Shown here one piece after another: positions 27,625 to 36,600 of a stretch of 64,000 nucleotides of DNA. The notes under the pieces were generated by a model that was not told where the DNA came from, did no database searches, and worked only from the letters and a program-made list of their open reading frames with translations. Every line of letters starts with the position of its first letter. Position 1 is the stretch's first letter. The DNA comes from a phage, in the sequence record PZ171032.1. One strand, 5' to 3'. Made by a program: the position numbers and the translations under genes.

Positions 27625-28674
27625 ATGAATTTAACACCTCGCAGCACCATGGTACACGGCATGAAAGAAAAACAGAACGGTTTCGAACCTATGAGTAATA
27701 AAATGTTTGGTATGCCGGGCGGTATCATGGAAACATACAGCTACCCAACACCTGTTGTTGACCACGTTCTTTATATCGACGATTTGGAAGACCTGCAGGA
27801 TCATATGTCTCGTCTGCAGACGATCCGTATGGCTCAGCCGGAAGAAAGCATTCGGGTGATCATCAATAGCCCTGGTGGTTGCGTGCACATTGCAATGGCT
27901 TATCTGCAGGCATTCCGCGAGTCTCAGGCAAGCGTTGTTGCACATGCTGAAGGGATGTGCTGCTCTGCGGGAACAATCTTATGGCTGGGTTGTAAAGAAC
28001 GCACTGTGGCTCCGGACACAGAATTTATGTTCCACTATTATCAAGGTGGCACTTATGGTAACGGTGTGAACATGAATACTCAGGTCAGCTACTGGAAAAA
28101 ACGTTTTGAACGCCTGATCGAAAAATACTACGGTGGGGTGCTGACAGAAGATGAGATCGCATCCATCACAGCTGGTGGCGAAGTGTGGTTGGACGGAGAA
28201 GAGCTGGCAGCACGCACTGGAGCTATTATTCTGGATGAAGGCAACATACAACGCATCCAGAACGGACAAAAACCGAAAAAGCTTCTGGCAAAAGGTGATG
28301 AAGAAGGCGTGTTAGGTGAAGCAGGTCTTCCGGAGATTCACCAGTGCACATCTTTAGATGAGTTAGTTCATGCTGTTGAATCTGCAAAAGCGGGTGGTTC
28401 GAAAGGTGATGTTCACACTGTGTTCCTGAATCTGCAGATGGAAAGTGGCGAGACCGTCAGAATTGCCCTGGGTGAGATTACTTCAGAAGATCTGCAGAGA
28501 TTCTCTGTCGTTGAACTTCAGGATATTCTGTCTCAATTGAAGACTACTCTGAACGGCGGTGAAGAGGTTAAGGTGAAAGATAAGACGCGCAAGCGTCTGG
28601 TGGACAATATTATTAAAACAGCAAAAGAGCTCAATGAAAAAATCCTGGGTGCAGGAATTGTCGAAGAAGCTTAA
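27625..28674 (+). CDS. ClpP-family (S14-like) serine peptidase with about 150-aa C-terminal extension
   Basis: VIINSPGG, catalytic-Ser context GMCCSAGTILWLG, His context FMFHYYQ, in ClpP order. Confidence 0.55.
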   Translation: MNLTPRSTMVHGMKEKQNGFEPMSNKMFGMPGGIMETYSYPTPVVDHVLYIDDLEDLQDHMSRLQTIRMAQPEESIRVIINSPGGCVHIAMAYLQAFRESQASVVAHAEGMCCSAGTILWLGCKERTVAPDTEFMFHYYQGGTYGNGVNMNTQVSYWKKRFERLIEKYYGGVLTEDEIASITAGGEVWLDGEELAARTGAIILDEGNIQRIQNGQKPKKLLAKGDEEGVLGEAGLPEIHQCTSLDELVHAVESAKAGGSKGDVHTVFLNLQMESGETVRIALGEITSEDLQRFSVVELQDILSQLKTTLNGGEEVKVKDKTRKRLVDNIIKTAKELNEKILGAGIVEEA

Positions 28675-28686
28675 ACATTAATTCTA

Positions 28687-28712
28687 AAGCCCTCTTCGGA
28701 GGGCTTTTATGA
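28687..28712 (+). terminator. rho-independent terminator (AAGCCCTC-ttcg-GAGGGCTT + TTAT)
   Basis: Read directly after the ClpP-like gene. Confidence 0.7.
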
Positions 28713-28725
28713 TCTGGAGATTTGC

Positions 28726-29259
28726 ATGACTTGTGCTAGAAAACCTGATGAACAACGTAACGCCTACGATGAGTATGTGACACCGGAGTGGTGTGCAGAA
28801 GGGCTGTATGACCTTATTCCGTTCCCAGAAGACTGGACCTACTTAGAGCCTTGCAGGAATAGTGCCTCAGGTGTGTTCTACTCCCGTATGCCGTTAGGAT
28901 CTGCATGGGGAGAAATCCAAGAAGGTGTTGACTATCTGAATACAGAATACAACCATGTTGACTGTATTATCACCAACCCGCCGTACAGCCTGGCTCGTGA
29001 GTTTGTGGACAAGGCGTTGAAAGATGCCGACGTAGTTATTATGCTTTTGCGTCTTAATTTTCTGGAAAGCAAGGCCAGATTTGAATGGTGGCTTGATAAT
29101 GCACCTACCACTGTGATTACAATATCTAAGCGCCCGTCATTCCAATCCAATGGTAGAACGGATGGGCAGGCATATGCATATTTTGTATGGGACAAGAAAA
29201 ACCGTCTAGACTTGCCGCCATTTATGTGGTTGGCACCACCAGAGGTAGATTTGAAATGA
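28726..29259 (+). CDS. small DNA methyltransferase (NPPY motif; N6-adenine or N4-cytosine)
   Basis: DCIITNPPYS motif IV; 177 aa. Confidence 0.6.
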   Translation: MTCARKPDEQRNAYDEYVTPEWCAEGLYDLIPFPEDWTYLEPCRNSASGVFYSRMPLGSAWGEIQEGVDYLNTEYNHVDCIITNPPYSLAREFVDKALKDADVVIMLLRLNFLESKARFEWWLDNAPTTVITISKRPSFQSNGRTDGQAYAYFVWDKKNRLDLPPFMWLAPPEVDLK

Positions 29260-29540
29260 AAATGAGTGCTAAGGACAAGTTGCACCAGTTAGCGCTAAAA
29301 CGTCCTGTAACGCTCCCTGACGAGCTTAACTCCATTTATGATGCGATTGTAGGGGAGATACAAAATAAAGCGTTAGCAGGCTTTCTGGGATGCGGATTTT
29401 CGATAAATCTACCCTCACATCTCTCAGATTACTTCCCGCATATTGTTGGGGATTTGAGGGCAGGAGGTCTGCAGGTAGATGTTGTTGGCATCTCTCCAGA
29501 GAAAAATAGCACGGTTGCCTACTTGACAGTAACCTGGTAG
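29256..29540 (+). CDS. hypothetical protein
   Basis: ATGA overlap with MTase stop. Confidence 0.45.
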   Translation: MKMSAKDKLHQLALKRPVTLPDELNSIYDAIVGEIQNKALAGFLGCGFSINLPSHLSDYFPHIVGDLRAGGLQVDVVGISPEKNSTVAYLTVTW

Positions 29541-29574
29541 TTATGTATTGTTGTTCTCAACAAGGGGGTCATTT

Positions 29575-29814
29575 ATGTACAAGTCATTTTCAATTTACTC
29601 AAGACAGGCGAAACACTACACAGAGATCCTGATTACTCAGAAAAAATCTGTAGAAGGTGAGTGGGAATATCACCATAAAATGTTGCGTCCAGATTGGGTT
29701 TTTGATAGACTTATTGCTATGATCCCTCTTGGAGAAGTATACCCTCTGACAGCCCATCGCGATGCTTGGGATTTAATTTATTACATAGATTCATTTAAGG
29801 AGCCTAGATTATGA
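29575..29814 (+). CDS. hypothetical protein
   Basis: Start at MYKSF behind AAGGGGG. Confidence 0.4.
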   Translation: MYKSFSIYSRQAKHYTEILITQKKSVEGEWEYHHKMLRPDWVFDRLIAMIPLGEVYPLTAHRDAWDLIYYIDSFKEPRL

Positions 29815-30209
29815 AGATTGAGATTACTAAAGAAGGTAAGAAAGTGTCCGGCAACTATGCAACAGTAATTCGGGATTTAATGTTTGAAGCCACCAAGATC
29901 GGTACATCTAAAGTTGGTCAAACTGTTAGTGTGAAAAGTAATATCTCCACAGGAGAGAAGGTATTCATTGTGGTCAAAGGGCAGGATCCCGTGGGAGGAA
30001 CAGTGGGCCGAGGTGGCTACCTGTGCATTTCTGAAGAGCCGCGTATGTTAGTGGCTGACGCTACTATGGGTGGGAAACGTGTGTGCGAGGCGGATGAGGT
30101 AATGATTATCCAACCTGTTGATCCAGATGACCCAGCAACTTGGGTGGTAGGAAATGAAATCTTCTCTTTAGAAGAGTTATCCTTCCCAGCACCGCGCTCT
30201 GTTCAGTAA
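29811..30209 (+). CDS. hypothetical protein (MKIEIT... N-terminus)
   Basis: 132-aa ORF. Confidence 0.45.
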   Translation: MKIEITKEGKKVSGNYATVIRDLMFEATKIGTSKVGQTVSVKSNISTGEKVFIVVKGQDPVGGTVGRGGYLCISEEPRMLVADATMGGKRVCEADEVMIIQPVDPDDPATWVVGNEIFSLEELSFPAPRSVQ

Positions 30210-30246
30210 TAATTTATCTTACCAGGGACGGTAGGTAGGAGGTAGC

Positions 30247-30480
30247 ATGAAAGTTAAATTTCTTACAGATTTAGGGTACCCTTCCTTAGTTGACTGCGTT
30301 GGTAAAATTGTGGAAGCAAAACGACTATCTGCAAACGATAATGTTGTCATGGTTAAGGGAAAAGATTTACTATCTGCAGGTGCAGAGTCTGGCAGGATCT
30401 CTCCTGATTATATGTATTACCTATCTTTAAGTAATCTGCCAGAGCGAGGCGGTAAAGGCCTTGAAGTTGTGGAGGAGTGA
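30247..30480 (+). CDS. small acidic protein, paralog family A
   Basis: MKVKFL... VVMVKGKDLLSAGAESG ... GLEVVEE. Confidence 0.55.
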   Translation: MKVKFLTDLGYPSLVDCVGKIVEAKRLSANDNVVMVKGKDLLSAGAESGRISPDYMYYLSLSNLPERGGKGLEVVEE

Positions 30481-31010
30481 CAGGTATGCTTCTGATTAAC
30501 CGGGAAGACCTCTATGGGGACAAAGACCCTGTTGTGTTTGTTGATCGTAGGTGGAGATACACTGAAGAACAATTGGCGGCAAAAAATTTAACTGCAAAAC
30601 GCAGAAAGATCATCCAGTGCAAATACAAATACGCACAGTTTGCTGCAAAAGTGTCTCCACAAATCGAGAGCTTTGTGCTTAAATTGTATGACGAATACCT
30701 CAAATTCAAATTGGATTTTGTACAGGTATACCGTGCACAGATACGCCCAGATACCAACATATGTAGATGGAAGGTTGTTTGTGACGGTAAAGATTTGCCG
30801 CTCAGCTTGACAATTGAGCGGCGTTATGGATATCATGAGTGTGGTCTGTATGATATTTGGGATGTCATTGTAGATCCTGCTAAGTACCTGAACACAGAGG
30901 AGCTGGAATATATCAATAAGGTTATTCTAGATATGTTTTTCAACTACACCCGTGAAAACTCCGAGAAAGAACGAGATAATTTTCTTGACACCATCAGCAA
31001 CCATCTGTAG
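30477..31010 (+). CDS. hypothetical protein
   Basis: 177-aa ORF. Confidence 0.45.
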   Translation: MTGMLLINREDLYGDKDPVVFVDRRWRYTEEQLAAKNLTAKRRKIIQCKYKYAQFAAKVSPQIESFVLKLYDEYLKFKLDFVQVYRAQIRPDTNICRWKVVCDGKDLPLSLTIERRYGYHECGLYDIWDVIVDPAKYLNTEELEYINKVILDMFFNYTRENSEKERDNFLDTISNHL

Positions 31011-31040
31011 TATATAATTTAACCTACAAAGGGAGGACTA

Positions 31041-31277
31041 ATGAGTATAAATGTTGTGCTAATAGGTTACCTGGTAATAGCCGTTATAACGGCGGTATTC
31101 TTGACAGGTGTATGCATCGTGTTCACACGAAGGGTGAAGTTTGATGATTTTATCATTATCATCACTGCTGCACCTTTTTGGCCTGTTGTTATCCCCATCG
31201 TGATAATGTGCCTGGTGGATTACTACAAGAATATCCGTAAGGAGAAAAAGGAGAGTAGGGATGGAGACCGCACCTAA
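31041..31277 (+). CDS. small membrane protein (two predicted TM helices)
   Basis: Hydrophobic stretches VVLIGYLVIAVITAVFLTGVCIVF and IIIITAAPFWPVVIPIVIMCLV. Confidence 0.5.
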   Translation: MSINVVLIGYLVIAVITAVFLTGVCIVFTRRVKFDDFIIIITAAPFWPVVIPIVIMCLVDYYKNIRKEKKESRDGDRT

Positions 31278-31402
31278 AACTGTTTATACTGTTCTTAAAG
31301 AGATTGCGTTCTACGCAGATCTTAGCCAGGCACCTTTATGGGAAAAGAGCATGTATTTAAAATGGTGCGTTAATTTAGGGAGACCTTCCAGTGTTTCAAG
31401 CC

Positions 31403-31510
31403 ATGTTTATTGAGATGCTATCTGGGGTATTGTTACTGGTAGCCATCTTAGGTGGTGCAGTTCTGATGTATAACTATCTTGAAAAAGGAGACAGTAATGG
31501 CAAAAAATAA
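31403..31510 (+). CDS. tiny hydrophobic peptide, 35 aa (tentative)
   Basis: MFIEMLSGVLLLVAILGGAVLMYNYLEKGDSNGKK; below track cutoff; weak SD. Confidence 0.25.
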   Translation: MFIEMLSGVLLLVAILGGAVLMYNYLEKGDSNGKK

Positions 31511-31682
31511 ATCTTTAGAGCAGGCTGAAAACCTTCTCCACGAGCTGGTAAAGGAGTGGAAAGTTGAATACTCAGATTTTAATGCACGGGAGGGTGAAGA
31601 TTATTGGCCTACGGAGCGATCAGAGGGCGAATGGTATCAAGATTTTATAGAGTGGCTATATCAGACGTGTGATGAGGGGTGA
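31497..31682 (+). CDS. hypothetical acidic protein
   Basis: Start at MAKNKSLEQ behind AAGGAG. Confidence 0.45.
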   Translation: MAKNKSLEQAENLLHELVKEWKVEYSDFNAREGEDYWPTERSEGEWYQDFIEWLYQTCDEG

Positions 31683-32140
31683 CGATGTTTGTTAAATATG
31701 TAAAAACGTGCCTCAACAATCTTGGTAGAGAGCATTGGTACACCTTGCTTGAAAAAGGAGAAATTCTAACAAAATCTGGAAAGATAACTTTGATACCCTT
31801 GGACGATAAATACCCGTCACTCCTTGTCATAGATGATTACGTTACAGGTGTATCGTACGAGGTCTCTGTGGAGAGGTTAATACGCAGATCTGGAGGTCCT
31901 TATGACCGAAGAGAGTATGTTTTCGATTCTGTTACAGAGAGGGAAGATCCGTCTCTAATGTTCAGGATGGTAATCAGAGATATGAGGTCATCTATAGACA
32001 GGATCGTAAAGGACATTAAGGAGCCTTTTAGGGTAAAAGTTAAGAAGTTTTTTGATTCTAAGATTAACATACTTGCCGTTGTGCTAGGCGTAATTCAACT
32101 TCTGTTAATTTTGCACTATCTTGAACTGTTGTTTAAGTAG
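31679..32140 (+). CDS. hypothetical protein with C-terminal TM helix
   Basis: 153-aa ORF; C-terminus ILAVVLGVIQLLLILHYL. Confidence 0.45.
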   Translation: MTMFVKYVKTCLNNLGREHWYTLLEKGEILTKSGKITLIPLDDKYPSLLVIDDYVTGVSYEVSVERLIRRSGGPYDRREYVFDSVTEREDPSLMFRMVIRDMRSSIDRIVKDIKEPFRVKVKKFFDSKINILAVVLGVIQLLLILHYLELLFK

Positions 32141-32200
32141 TGTGCAATAAGGCACAAAGGATGTGCCATAACTAAATAAACTAAGAAAGAGGTAGAGAGA

Positions 32201-32548
32201 ATGCCAAAGATTAAATCGATATTAATGTGGGTAGCTGTTGTAGCTTTTGTAGGATACTGGACTTGGGAAACTGAATTAAAAGATATTGGATATACCAGTC
32301 TTGAGAACAAGGCGTGCATTGGCATAACCGATGCATTCAGGCAAAATGCTATGGATCACGAATGTGTCGATGCAGACATAGATGAGAAACTGTCTAAGGA
32401 CAAAGACTTCTACCACGGGTATGCTTTGCTTGATAGTGGGGACACTGTAGAGTTCTGGTCGTGGTTCCGTAAAGATGGAACAATAAAAACAGCAGTAAAG
32501 ATCTCTAACAAAGAGTTAATGCTGTTGCAGCAGAAGGAGGCTCAATGA
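32201..32548 (+). CDS. hypothetical protein with N-terminal TM/signal anchor
   Basis: ILMWVAVVAFVGYWTW. Confidence 0.45.
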   Translation: MPKIKSILMWVAVVAFVGYWTWETELKDIGYTSLENKACIGITDAFRQNAMDHECVDADIDEKLSKDKDFYHGYALLDSGDTVEFWSWFRKDGTIKTAVKISNKELMLLQQKEAQ

Positions 32549-32832
32549 TCTGGATATCCTATGCTGATGGCACCATGCTGTATACTGCAGGTACCAGATA
32601 TGAAGTTCAGGAGAACGATAAAAAATTTATCGTAAGAACATTTGACAAGGACGACAACCTTTTGCTAGAATTAACTTACAAGGTTGGGGATGTATCTAGC
32701 ATCCAATTGGATTGTGGTCATAAAGATAACCCCCTCAAAAAACCTGGAATAGGCAAGGCTTCAGAAGAACGTTTGTCTCGTATTGCAGAAAGCGTTTCTA
32801 ACCAAAAACCCAAAAAGAGGACCAGAAAATGA
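32545..32832 (+). CDS. hypothetical protein
   Basis: 95-aa ORF, overlapping stop/start. Confidence 0.4.
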   Translation: MIWISYADGTMLYTAGTRYEVQENDKKFIVRTFDKDDNLLLELTYKVGDVSSIQLDCGHKDNPLKKPGIGKASEERLSRIAESVSNQKPKKRTRK

Positions 32833-33029
32833 GTGACAAAATTCTTAAATTTAATACCTACTACGAGAATGATTTGAACGATCTGTATTATATAGTGCGT
32901 AGCGAAAACCCGAATGTAGTGCTGTTTTGCAGAGAACCTTTCAAAAGAGAGGAGATTGAATCTACCATGGATGTGGATCAGATTTCACACCTGCTGCTCC
33001 TTGGATCATTAAAAGAGGCAGTATTCTAA
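32829..33029 (+). CDS. hypothetical protein
   Basis: 66-aa ORF. Confidence 0.35.
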   Translation: MSDKILKFNTYYENDLNDLYYIVRSENPNVVLFCREPFKREEIESTMDVDQISHLLLLGSLKEAVF

Positions 33030-33048
33030 ACCAGGGTGGAGGGTTTTT

Positions 33049-33234
33049 ATGAAGCACTATTGTCTATCTGGTAGAATGGGTGCAGATTGTGATTGGGTTT
33101 TCTTAAAACTTGTCAGCATTCGAGAGTTCATCCCGGAGGAAGAGCAAGAAAGCGAGCTGATGTCATGGATCAACCATTACGGTAACACTTTTCGGCATGT
33201 TAAGGTGGAAGAGTTGCCAAGCGAGGCTGATTGA
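33049..33234 (+). CDS. hypothetical protein
   Basis: 61-aa ORF. Confidence 0.35.
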   Translation: MKHYCLSGRMGADCDWVFLKLVSIREFIPEEEQESELMSWINHYGNTFRHVKVEELPSEAD

Positions 33235-33236
33235 CT

Positions 33237-33326
33237 ATGATTGCATCAATATTAACGTTTATGGGCGGCGTGGCATTCGGATTCATTGTTTGCCTGTTTA
33301 TAGTGATTATGTCTATGCGAGGCTGA
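33237..33326 (+). CDS. tiny hydrophobic peptide, 29 aa
   Basis: MIASILTFMGGVAFGFIVCLFIVIMSMRG; fills the gap between two genes exactly. Confidence 0.3.
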   Translation: MIASILTFMGGVAFGFIVCLFIVIMSMRG

Positions 33327-33329
33327 ATT

Positions 33330-33626
33330 ATGAAACTTTTTGAGTGGTTTAAAAAGTTTAAATATAAAGCTGTAGCCATCGTGCCATGGTCCATTCAATG
33401 GGTGGACGATGAGGGATTACCAATTCCAGGTGATAAAGACACGGGATACTGGATCATGCTTGAAAACGGGTTTGGAAAGCGAAAATATACGTGCACAAAC
33501 TCTACTCGATCTGCACTTAATAGAGTGCCTGGTTACAAACTTATGGTTGTGTGGAAAATGTCAGGCGTGCCTCCAGCTAACGCTCAATTTCTTACTGACA
33601 ATCCAACCACGGTGGAGGGAGATTGA
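33330..33626 (+). CDS. hypothetical protein
   Basis: 98-aa ORF. Confidence 0.4.
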   Translation: MKLFEWFKKFKYKAVAIVPWSIQWVDDEGLPIPGDKDTGYWIMLENGFGKRKYTCTNSTRSALNRVPGYKLMVVWKMSGVPPANAQFLTDNPTTVEGD

Positions 33627-33910
33627 CAATGAAAAAGATTAACAGTGGTGAAGTTGAGTTTAAACTTGTCGGGAAAGGCACTTACTGGGAAGTTCGTCAA
33701 AAGGTATATTTGTTCGGTCTTATTCCCTATTGGTCTAAATTCTACTGGGGAGCTAACGAGTTGGGAAGATACGCCACCAAATCAATGGTACTTATTGGTA
33801 TAGCAGAGTACATTGCAGCCAGAGATAGGGTTGGAGACACTTATTACTATACTGCGGACGATATTCGTAACAGTGTTTACGTCCCACAACCACCTGATGG
33901 AGACCGTTGA
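33623..33910 (+). CDS. hypothetical protein
   Basis: 95-aa ORF. Confidence 0.4.
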   Translation: MTMKKINSGEVEFKLVGKGTYWEVRQKVYLFGLIPYWSKFYWGANELGRYATKSMVLIGIAEYIAARDRVGDTYYYTADDIRNSVYVPQPPDGDR

Positions 33911-34134
33911 TGAAAGTTAAAGTTTTAGATTCAAGCTTCTATATTGGTCAGGAGCCTTTAGTAGGAAAAGTGTTTACTGCTATCCCTAACGAAGATTACC
34001 CTGACCTTTTAAAAATAAAAGGAGCAGATCTTATTGCCGCTGGTGCATCTCAGGACTGCTTTGACAGTCAGTGGACCTACAACTTTGCCCTAGGCGAGGA
34101 TGTAGAGGTAGTGGAGGACGATCATGAAGGTTAA
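33907..34134 (+). CDS. small acidic protein, paralog family A (duplicated module 1)
   Basis: MMKVKVLDSS...LLKIKGADLIAAGASQD...DVEVVEDDHEG. Confidence 0.55.
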   Translation: MMKVKVLDSSFYIGQEPLVGKVFTAIPNEDYPDLLKIKGADLIAAGASQDCFDSQWTYNFALGEDVEVVEDDHEG

Positions 34135-34378
34135 AATTCTTGATTCTAACGTCTACTTGGGACAATCCTTCCTGAAGGGAAAGGTCGTTCCTGCGGTATA
34201 CTTTGAAGGGTTGCCGTGGGATGATCCTGTGCGGCAACATCACAGTTATGTAGGCCACAACGTGGTGTTTATCTTGGGATCAGACCTGATCACCGCTGGT
34301 GCACCTGAATATTATTTCGGGGAAGAGTCCTATTATGCCTTTGGGGTAGGGTCAGATGCGGATATTGTAGAGCTGTGA
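34124..34378 (+). CDS. small acidic protein, paralog family A (duplicated module 1)
   Basis: MKVKILDSN...VVFILGSDLITAGAPEY...YYAFGVGSDADIVEL; C-terminus matches 36241 ORF (FAFVVGSDVEVIEE). Confidence 0.55.
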   Translation: MKVKILDSNVYLGQSFLKGKVVPAVYFEGLPWDDPVRQHHSYVGHNVVFILGSDLITAGAPEYYFGEESYYAFGVGSDADIVEL

Positions 34379-34390
34379 TGGGTAACCGTT

Positions 34391-34789
34391 GTGAAAAATA
34401 AACTGTTTAAAGTTACAATGAAAATTCGCGGAGCTTGGAGCGTAAAGCAAGGGCGTATTCCGGAATTTGAGAAAGACTTCTACGTAGTCTCCACCTCGGA
34501 GGAGGCTGCATGCTGGCAGGCTGGCTATGCCTATGCAAGAACCTGGTACGAAGGATACCAGACTGGGGGCTATGACGGAGAAATTATCAGCAAGGGTGTA
34601 GAAGAAATTAATGTGTTGACAAGTGAAAAAGTTTTTGTTATAGTGCATCCAGATTCCAGAGTGAAGCATTACTGGAATGCCAGAACAAAAACTTGGACAC
34701 CGTTTGCAGATTCTGCTACACCACTTTTAAACCAAAAAGCTCTTGACTCTGCCCCAAGCTATGGGGTTGTTGAAGAAAAGCTAAACTGA
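34391..34789 (+). CDS. hypothetical protein, paralog of 36600 ORF (family D)
   Basis: FVIVHPDSRVKHYWNARTKTWTPFADSATPLL aligns with FVMRHPHSNIAYYWDVLNNEWTPDLQKATVL of 36600..36995. Confidence 0.5.
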   Translation: MKNKLFKVTMKIRGAWSVKQGRIPEFEKDFYVVSTSEEAACWQAGYAYARTWYEGYQTGGYDGEIISKGVEEINVLTSEKVFVIVHPDSRVKHYWNARTKTWTPFADSATPLLNQKALDSAPSYGVVEEKLN

Positions 34790-34806
34790 AACAGTGAGGT
34801 GTCACT

Positions 34807-35097
34807 ATGATGGATTTAGTTCTGAATATTGATAACGCAGGAGAGGTTAAAGACGATGGTGTAACAAGCATGGACCAACCATGCCCTGCCAAGATTGACT
34901 CAAAATGGACATATAAGTTTGACGGAGAGATCTTTGCAAATGATGAAAAGGTTGTAGATGCTGCAGCCATTTTGAACGCTCTAGGGTACGACCCTGTGAA
35001 TTCTTTGATCAAGGATCCTGTTGAGTTTGCAGAGTATGTTCGAAAAATGGCAGATCTTGCTGTAGATATTTTAGATACTATCGATAATAAGCTGTAA
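34807..35097 (+). CDS. hypothetical protein
   Basis: 96-aa ORF. Confidence 0.4.
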   Translation: MMDLVLNIDNAGEVKDDGVTSMDQPCPAKIDSKWTYKFDGEIFANDEKVVDAAAILNALGYDPVNSLIKDPVEFAEYVRKMADLAVDILDTIDNKL

Positions 35098-35103
35098 AAA
35101 CTG

Positions 35104-35132
35104 TTGACACAACGCTTCAGCTATAGTATTAT
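35104..35132 (+). promoter_or_regulatory. sigma70-type promoter (TTGACA-17-TATTAT) upstream of the HPF-like gene
   Basis: Consensus hexamers read directly. Confidence 0.7.
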
Positions 35133-35184
35133 TGTTTTCAAAGAGAGATGGTTGTTATTCTCTCTTCCTTAAAAGGAGCACGTT

Positions 35185-35502
35185 ATGCAAATTGAAATCA
35201 CTGGCAACGTAGAAATCACTGAAGGTATGGTGTCTTTCATTTCCCACAAAATGTCTAAGCTGGAGCGTTTGCACCCCTCTGCCAACTATGCACGTGTTAG
35301 TGTAAAAGTTGAAAATGATCACCAGGAAGTTATGGCGTTCATTTTTGACAATTCTGGAAAAGAAGTTATTGCCAAAGCTAAAGGCAGTGATGCTTACGAG
35401 GCAACTGACCGTATGGTAGATGTTGCAGCACGTCAGCTGGCTAAATGCGGTGGAAAGAAAGGTAAGGGGAAAGGCAAAGTAAAGATTGACTTTGGAGAAT
35501 GA
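35185..35502 (+). CDS. ribosome hibernation promoting factor / RaiA (YfiA)-family protein with Lys/Gly-rich tail
   Basis: MQIEITGNVEITEGMVSFISHKMSKLE...VSVKVE...AKAKGSDAYEATDRMVDVAARQLAK matches recalled E. coli HPF (MQLNITGNNVEITEALREFVTAKFAKLE...VLKVE...ASAEGQDMYAAIDGLIDKLARQLTK). Confidence 0.75.
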   Translation: MQIEITGNVEITEGMVSFISHKMSKLERLHPSANYARVSVKVENDHQEVMAFIFDNSGKEVIAKAKGSDAYEATDRMVDVAARQLAKCGGKKGKGKGKVKIDFGE

Positions 35503-35511
35503 GGTGCTACA

Positions 35512-35613
35512 ATGGGCGTGATTAAGAAATTAGTCCCAAATGTAGAGATTGCATGCTTTGAAATTATGTTTGCAATCGCAGTTGTAGTTAATGTGTTAGG
35601 TTACGGCTATTAA
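35512..35613 (+). CDS. tiny hydrophobic peptide, 33 aa
   Basis: GAGGTG SD; MGVIKKLVPNVEIACFEIMFAIAVVVNVLGYGY. Confidence 0.3.
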   Translation: MGVIKKLVPNVEIACFEIMFAIAVVVNVLGYGY

Positions 35614-35639
35614 TATCAAATAATTGAGGAGACCTCTAA

Positions 35640-35909
35640 ATGAAAATTAAATTATTCAAAACTGAGCTGGCAGACAAAAATTGTGGTCTGGTTGAAGGCA
35701 TGATTGTTGAAGCACAACCAGTGGACTATATGAAGGTGGTTCGTGATGCCCTGGGTGAAGGTTTTGATCTGATGGAGCCAGCTCTGCGGGAAGATGTTAT
35801 CGAGATGGCTAAAAAGCACACACCTGAAGGTTTGGTGGTGTTTATTGCACCGGGTAACGGAGAAGAGTTGATTGTAACTCCTGATGTGTATGAGATTGTA
35901 GAGGAATAA
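35640..35909 (+). CDS. small acidic protein, paralog family A
   Basis: MKIKLF... ends VYEIVEE. Confidence 0.5.
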   Translation: MKIKLFKTELADKNCGLVEGMIVEAQPVDYMKVVRDALGEGFDLMEPALREDVIEMAKKHTPEGLVVFIAPGNGEELIVTPDVYEIVEE

Positions 35910-35999
35910 TCCTGCTTGTATTAGCATACTTCCTCGATAAGGAAGGTTTGTAATTATTTGTGGGAAAGGAATCCCATCTCTTACCAGAGGTGATACTAT

Positions 36000-36263
36000 A
36001 TGATTGTTTATTTTAAAACTTCAGGTGGATACCCTGATTCTCAAAGCTTGATCGGAAAAACGTGCACAGCATACTCACCTCTTGATGAGGAGGTAAGCGA
36101 TATTCTACGAAATATGTATCGGATTGATCCCCAAGAAGCTTTTGATCAAAACCTTGTATTTGTCAAAGGCTCAGACATGAAGTCTTTGGGAGCATTCCCT
36201 GAAGCAGATGATGATGCCGTTTATTCGTTCATGACCCCTTTTGAAGCTATGGTTGTTGGGTGA
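36000..36263 (+). CDS. small acidic protein, paralog family A (duplicated module 2)
   Basis: ...LVFVKGSDMKSLGAFPE... Confidence 0.5.
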   Translation: MIVYFKTSGGYPDSQSLIGKTCTAYSPLDEEVSDILRNMYRIDPQEAFDQNLVFVKGSDMKSLGAFPEADDDAVYSFMTPFEAMVVG

Positions 36264-36600
36264 TAATATGAAAGTACGCTTTATTGGTGAAACAATTCCT
36301 GTGCATCTCCGGTCGCCTGAAGATTCTGCGGATCTTGCATCTCAGAAGGCGAGAGGTTATGATAAGAAAGTAATCTCAACCGATGTAGAACTTGAGGCTA
36401 CTAGTCTACCTGACCCTGCTGCATTCTTTAATCATTATGGATACTATTTCAGCAATCTGATGAATATCGGTGAGCTTGTGTTTATTAGTGGTGGAGAAAT
36501 TGTTAGCAAGCTTGGCGGAGATCCGGATGTCTTTCATGAAACCTGTCCTTTTGCATTTGTGGTGGGTTCGGATGTGGAAGTTATTGAGGAGGTGCAGTAA
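36241..36600 (+). CDS. small acidic protein, paralog family A (duplicated module 2)
   Basis: MKVRFIG...LVFISGGEIVSKLGGDPD...FAFVVGSDVEVIEEVQ. Confidence 0.55.
   Translation: MKLWLLGDNMKVRFIGETIPVHLRSPEDSADLASQKARGYDKKVISTDVELEATSLPDPAAFFNHYGYYFSNLMNIGELVFISGGEIVSKLGGDPDVFHETCPFAFVVGSDVEVIEEVQ

Noticed and set aside
34607-34637. TTGACA-17-TATAGT promoter-like site
   Set aside because: It lies inside the 34391..34789 coding region; it could be an internal promoter but nothing else supports that.
35185-35502. HPF-like ORF as just another member of the MK(I/V)E(I) small-protein family
   Set aside because: Apart from the MQIEITG start it shares none of the family A internal or C-terminal motifs and instead matches HPF/RaiA along its length.
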